Below, piece by piece: positions 15,944-19,805 of a DNA stretch of 19,805 bases. The notes below the pieces were generated by a model. That model was not told the DNA's origin and searched no databases. It saw only the letters and a list, made by a program, of their open reading frames with translations. Positions within the stretch are counted from its first letter, which is position 1; the number at the start of each line of letters is the position of its first letter. The DNA lies in the IMG/VR virus record IMGVR_UViG_2731957841_000001, positions 1 through 19,805 of that record. One strand, given 5' to 3'. This DNA is from a virus (Duplodnaviria > Heunggongvirae > Uroviricota > Caudoviricetes). A program made the position numbers and the translations under genes.

Positions 15944-17828
15944 TCTGCTGCCACCGGGTTCAACTTCACTGGAGCGCCGACTGGCGCAAACCTGTAGCGG
16001 GATTTCTGATTTGCAGGTGCCGCTGCGTGACTTGTGGAATCCGGCTATCCAGCGTGTGCTGGAGAAGGTGAACGCACTGCCGCAGGACAAGCGTCTGTCT
16101 GCCATGACCATGTTGTTTGGTAAAGAGTTTGGCGATGACGCGGCGAAACTGGCAAACAACCTGCCGGAACTACAGCGCCAGCTAAAACTGACAGCGGGCA
16201 ATGATGCGCTCGGTTCCATGCAGAAAGAATCCGACATCAACAAGGACTCACTTTCTGCTCAGTGGTTGCTGGTTAAAACCGGAGCGCAGAATACCTTCAG
16301 CAGCCTGGGCGAAACGCTGCGCCAGCCGCTGATGGATATTCTGTACACGGTGAAAAGCGTTACGGGAGCGTTGCGTCGCTGGGTGGAAGCTAACCCGGAA
16401 CTGACGGGCACACTGATGAAAGTAGCCGCTATTGTGGCTGCGGTTACCGTCGGCCTCGGCACCTTGGCTGTGGCGCTGGCTGCAGTGCTGGGGCCGCTGG
16501 CAGTCATCCGTCTGGGATTCTCTGTGCTGGGCATCAAAACGTTACCTTCCGTTACGGCAGCAGTAACACGAACCAGCAGCGCGTTGTCCTGGCTGGCTGG
16601 CGCACCACTGGCACTGCTGCGACACGGGCTTGCTTTATCGGGTAACGCAGCGGGTTTACTTACTGCGCCGTTGTCGTCTTTGCGCCGTACGGCATCACTG
16701 ACGGGAAATGTCCTGAAAACTGTTGCAGGTGCGCCGGTTGCACTTTTGCGGTCTGGATTATCCGGTTTACGTGCGGTTGCTGTGATGTTTATGAATCCTC
16801 TGGCGGTACTGCGCGGTGGACTGACCGCCGCAGGTACGGTGCAGCGAGTACTGGCATCTGGTCCACTGGCGATGCTGCGCGTTGCCCTGTATGCCATATC
16901 TGGTCTGTTAGGTGCTCTGCTCAGTCCGATAGGTCTAGTGGTTACTGCACTGGCAGGCGTGGCGCTGGTTGTCTGGAAATACTGGCAACCCATCACCGCA
17001 TTTCTCGGTGGCGTGGTGGAGGGATTCAAAGCGGCGGCAGGTCCCGTCAGTGCCGCATTCGAACCACTTAAGCCTGTGTTCCAGTGGATTGGCGACAAAG
17101 TGCAGGCGCTGTGGGGCTGGTTTACTGACCTGCTGACGCCCGTTAAGTCGACCTCTGCCGAACTGCAGAGTGCAGCGGCAATGGGGCGACGATTCGGGGA
17201 GGCTCTGGCGGAAGGGCTGAATATGGTCATGCATCCGCTGGACTCCCTGAAATCCGGCGTTTCCTGGTTGCTGGAGAAACTCGGCATTGTCAGTAAAGAG
17301 GCCGCAAAGGCAAAACTACCGGAAAGCGTGACGCGTCAGCAACCTGCGACGGTGAATGCAGACGGCAAAGTGATGATGCCATCGGGTGGTTTTCCATCAT
17401 GGGGATATGGCTTTGCGGGGATGTATGACAGCGGCGGGTATATCCCGCGCGGGCAGTTTGGCATCGTCGGTGAAAACGGGCCGGAAATTGTTAACGGCCC
17501 GGCAAATGTGACCAGCCGGAGAAATACAGCTGCACTGGCTGCCGTTGTTGCCGGAATGATGGGCGTTGCTGCCGCGCCAGCAGAGCTTCCACCGTTGCAC
17601 CCTTTGGCACTTCCCGCGAAAGGTGGAGAAGCAATTGTGAGTCGCGCAGCCACTGTGCCGCTCGTTCAACGGATTGAGGCACCGACGCAGATCATCATTC
17701 AGACGCAGCCAGGACAAAGTGCGCAGGATATTGCGCGGGAGGTGGCACGCCAGCTTGATGAACGTGAACGCAGGCTGAAGGCAAAAGCCAGGAGTAACTA
17801 CAGCGATCAGGGGGGATACGACGCATGA
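15936..17828 (+). CDS. T: Tail tape measure protein, truncated; the first ~37 codons look like the N-terminus of tail protein I (in-frame deletion fusion)
   Basis: N-terminus LLPPGSTSLERRLA...VPLRDLWNP resembles the gpI start, then switches to tape-measure-like sequence with degenerate PLAxLRxGL repeats and the C-terminal MYDSGGYIPRGQFGIVGENGPEIV motif. Stop overlaps the U start (ATGA). Confidence 0.65.
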   Translation: MNSLLPPGSTSLERRLAQTCSGISDLQVPLRDLWNPAIQRVLEKVNALPQDKRLSAMTMLFGKEFGDDAAKLANNLPELQRQLKLTAGNDALGSMQKESDINKDSLSAQWLLVKTGAQNTFSSLGETLRQPLMDILYTVKSVTGALRRWVEANPELTGTLMKVAAIVAAVTVGLGTLAVALAAVLGPLAVIRLGFSVLGIKTLPSVTAAVTRTSSALSWLAGAPLALLRHGLALSGNAAGLLTAPLSSLRRTASLTGNVLKTVAGAPVALLRSGLSGLRAVAVMFMNPLAVLRGGLTAAGTVQRVLASGPLAMLRVALYAISGLLGALLSPIGLVVTALAGVALVVWKYWQPITAFLGGVVEGFKAAAGPVSAAFEPLKPVFQWIGDKVQALWGWFTDLLTPVKSTSAELQSAAAMGRRFGEALAEGLNMVMHPLDSLKSGVSWLLEKLGIVSKEAAKAKLPESVTRQQPATVNADGKVMMPSGGFPSWGYGFAGMYDSGGYIPRGQFGIVGENGPEIVNGPANVTSRRNTAALAAVVAGMMGVAAAPAELPPLHPLALPAKGGEAIVSRAATVPLVQRIEAPTQIIIQTQPGQSAQDIAREVARQLDERERRLKAKARSNYSDQGGYDA

Positions 17829-18310
17829 TGATGGTGCTGGGATTGTACGTGTTTATGCTGCGCACCGTTCCGTATCAGGAACTGCAGTATCAACGCAGCT
17901 GGCGACATGCGGCAAACAGTCGGGTAAACCGACGTCCGTCCACGCAGTTTCTGGGACCGGAAAACGACATGCTGACGCTTTCCGGTGTTCTTATGCCGGA
18001 GATAACAGGCGGCAGGCTGTCGTTGCTGGCACTGGAGCAGATGGCAGAACAGGGGAAAGCATGGCCCCTGATTGAAGGCAGCGGCATGATTTACGGCATG
18101 TATGTGATTGAGGGACTGAATCAGACTAAAACGGAGTTTTTCCGCGACGGTATGCCGCGCCGGATTGAGTTCACCCTGTCGCTCAAACGAGTGGATGAAT
18201 CCCTGTCCGATATGTTCGGTGATCTCAGTGCGCAACTGAATAATCTGCAGGACACGGCAACGTCTGCCTTAAGCGATATCAGTAAAACGGTGGGAGGGCT
18301 GCTGTCGTGA
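17825..18310 (+). CDS. U: Tail protein U (P2 gpU-like)
   Basis: 161 aa; N-terminus MMMVLGLYVFMLRTVPYQELQYQRSW matches my recollection of P2 gpU; position between T and D. Confidence 0.8.
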   Translation: MMMVLGLYVFMLRTVPYQELQYQRSWRHAANSRVNRRPSTQFLGPENDMLTLSGVLMPEITGGRLSLLALEQMAEQGKAWPLIEGSGMIYGMYVIEGLNQTKTEFFRDGMPRRIEFTLSLKRVDESLSDMFGDLSAQLNNLQDTATSALSDISKTVGGLLS

Positions 18311-19407
18311 ATTTCAGCTCAGAACTGCTTAACAAAGGCAACAAAACTCCCGCATTCAGCATCAGTATTGAGGGCAGGGATATCACCACAGTGCTGGATA
18401 ACCGCCTGATGAGTTTGACGCTGACGGATAACCGGGGCTTTGAAGCGGACCAGCTTGATCTGGAGTTGGATGACGCTGACGGAAAAATCGTGCTGCCGCG
18501 CCGTGGTGCGGTCATTACGCTGGCGCTGGGCTGGAAGGGGCAGCTGCTTTTCCCGAAAGGGGCATTCACAGTGGACGAGATTGAACACACTGGCGCACCG
18601 GACCGCCTGACTATCCGGGCGCGAAGTGCTGATTTTCGGGAAACGCTGAATACCCGCCGTGAAAAATCGTGGCATAAGACCACCGTCGGGGAAGTGGTGA
18701 AGGAAATAGCCGCGCGGCACAAGCTGAAGATGGCACTGGGTAAAGACCTGTCGGATAAGCCCGTGGAGCATATAGACCAGACTAATGAGAGTGACGGCAG
18801 TTTTCTGATGCGGCTGGCGCGACAATACGGTGCCATCGCGTCGGTGAAAAATGGCAATCTGTTATTCATCCGGCAGGGGCAGGGCAAAAGCGTCACTGGT
18901 AAACCTCTGCCAGTGATCACTATCACACGCAAGGACGGCGACAGTCACCGATTTACCCTGGCAGATCGCGGAGCCTACACGGGCGTAATTGCCAGCTGGT
19001 TGCATACCCGCGAACCTGCGAAGAAAGAAAGCACCACGGTGAAGCGTAAGCGCAGAACTAAGAAGCAGAAGAAAGAGCCAGAAGCGAAGCAGGGCGATTA
19101 CCTGGTGGGTACGGATGAAAACGTGCTGGTACTTAATCGCACTTATGCCAACCGGAGCAACGCCGAACGAGCGGCGAAAATGCAGTGGGAACGCCTGCAA
19201 CGCGGCGTTGCGTCATTTTCGCTACAACTGGCAGAAGGGCGGGCAGATCTCTACACGGAAATGCCTGTGAAGGTCAGTGGTTTTAAACAGCCGATAGATG
19301 ATGCGGAATGGACCATTACGACTCTGACACATACCGTCAGCCCGGATAACGGTTTTACAACCAGTATTGAACTCGAAGTGAAGATTGATGATTTCGAAAT
19401 GGAATGA
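18307..19407 (+). CDS. D: Tail/late gene D protein (P2 gpD-like)
   Basis: 366 aa; MNFSSELLNKGNKTPAFSISIEGRDIT... matches P2 gpD as I recall it; apparent GTG start overlapping the U stop (GTGA). Confidence 0.8.
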   Translation: MNFSSELLNKGNKTPAFSISIEGRDITTVLDNRLMSLTLTDNRGFEADQLDLELDDADGKIVLPRRGAVITLALGWKGQLLFPKGAFTVDEIEHTGAPDRLTIRARSADFRETLNTRREKSWHKTTVGEVVKEIAARHKLKMALGKDLSDKPVEHIDQTNESDGSFLMRLARQYGAIASVKNGNLLFIRQGQGKSVTGKPLPVITITRKDGDSHRFTLADRGAYTGVIASWLHTREPAKKESTTVKRKRRTKKQKKEPEAKQGDYLVGTDENVLVLNRTYANRSNAERAAKMQWERLQRGVASFSLQLAEGRADLYTEMPVKVSGFKQPIDDAEWTITTLTHTVSPDNGFTTSIELEVKIDDFEME

Positions 19408-19496
19408 TTCTTCGCAATGGAGAACTTTTAAGTTTGCAAAATGGAATAATGCGGTATCATTATTGTGAATTTAGCAAAAATGGGAGAACTCGAAAA

Positions 19497-19715
19497 ATGA
19501 TGATTTGCCCACTGTGTGGAAGTGCCGCCCATACTCGCAGCAGTTTTCAGGTATCTTCATTGACCAAAGAGCGTTACAACCAGTGCCAGAATATTAACTG
19601 CAGCCATACTTTTGTAACCCATGAAACTTTTGTTCGTTCGATTGCAACGCCAAAAGAGTCAAATCCGGTTCAGCCGCATCCAATGAAATCAGGACAGGTG
19701 GCGCTCTCTCTTTGA
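19497..19715 (+). CDS. ogr: Ogr-type zinc-finger late transcription activator
   Basis: 72 aa from ATG 19497; CPLCGSAAHTRSS...ERYNQCQNINCSHTF matches the P2 Ogr zinc-finger pattern; last gene before the right-hand repeat. Confidence 0.85.
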   Translation: MMICPLCGSAAHTRSSFQVSSLTKERYNQCQNINCSHTFVTHETFVRSIATPKESNPVQPHPMKSGQVALSL

Positions 19716-19716
19716 C

Positions 19717-19739
19717 GCTGCCGCCATTTTGTCGCCATC
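19717..19739. repeat. Putative attR core: CGCTGCCGCCATTTTGTCGCCAT, direct repeat of 94..116
   Basis: 22/23 identity with the left copy; starts 2 nt after the ogr stop codon. Confidence 0.55.
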
Positions 19740-19805
19740 GTTAAAAAACAGTGCTTCTAACGTCATGATTTTAAACGACATAAATTTCAGGCAACAAAAA
19801 ACCCA

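Noticed and set aside
16259-17653. Minus-strand ORFs (342 aa and others) inside the tape measure gene, and apparent DNA repetitiveness at about 16560..16900
   Set aside because: The repetitiveness is the degenerate PLAxLRxGL protein repeat typical of tape measure proteins, not a CRISPR array (no regular repeat-spacer periodicity); the antisense ORFs are composition artefacts.
18279-19200. Minus-strand ORFs overlapping gene D
   Set aside because: Antisense to a well-supported D coding sequence, with no start context.

Overview
The window reads as a nearly complete but internally deleted P2/186-family prophage of an enterobacterial host, bounded by a 23-bp imperfect direct repeat (94..116 and 19717..19739). 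All identifications come from reading the ORF translations and the DNA by eye; no searches were run. Order: attL, a two-gene cargo module (Panacea/DUF4065-like antitoxin-type protein plus an unknown 251-aa partner), tyrosine integrase, a small secreted Cys-rich ORF, 186-type CI repressor, Apl/Cox-like, CII, small early ORFs, TraR/DksA zinc finger, Dam-type methylase, replication initiator A, a LexA-box-controlled small ORF plus DinI-like operon, an opposite-strand 176-aa orphan, a cos-like motif, an OLD-family ATPase-Toprim gene, portal Q, terminase P, then a J fragment and an I-to-T fusion (capsid, lysis and most tail genes are missing), U, D, ogr, attR. The best candidates for an undescribed system are the Panacea-protein/251-aa pair at attL and the 176-aa orphan in the AT-rich A-to-Q cargo interval next to the OLD-like gene.
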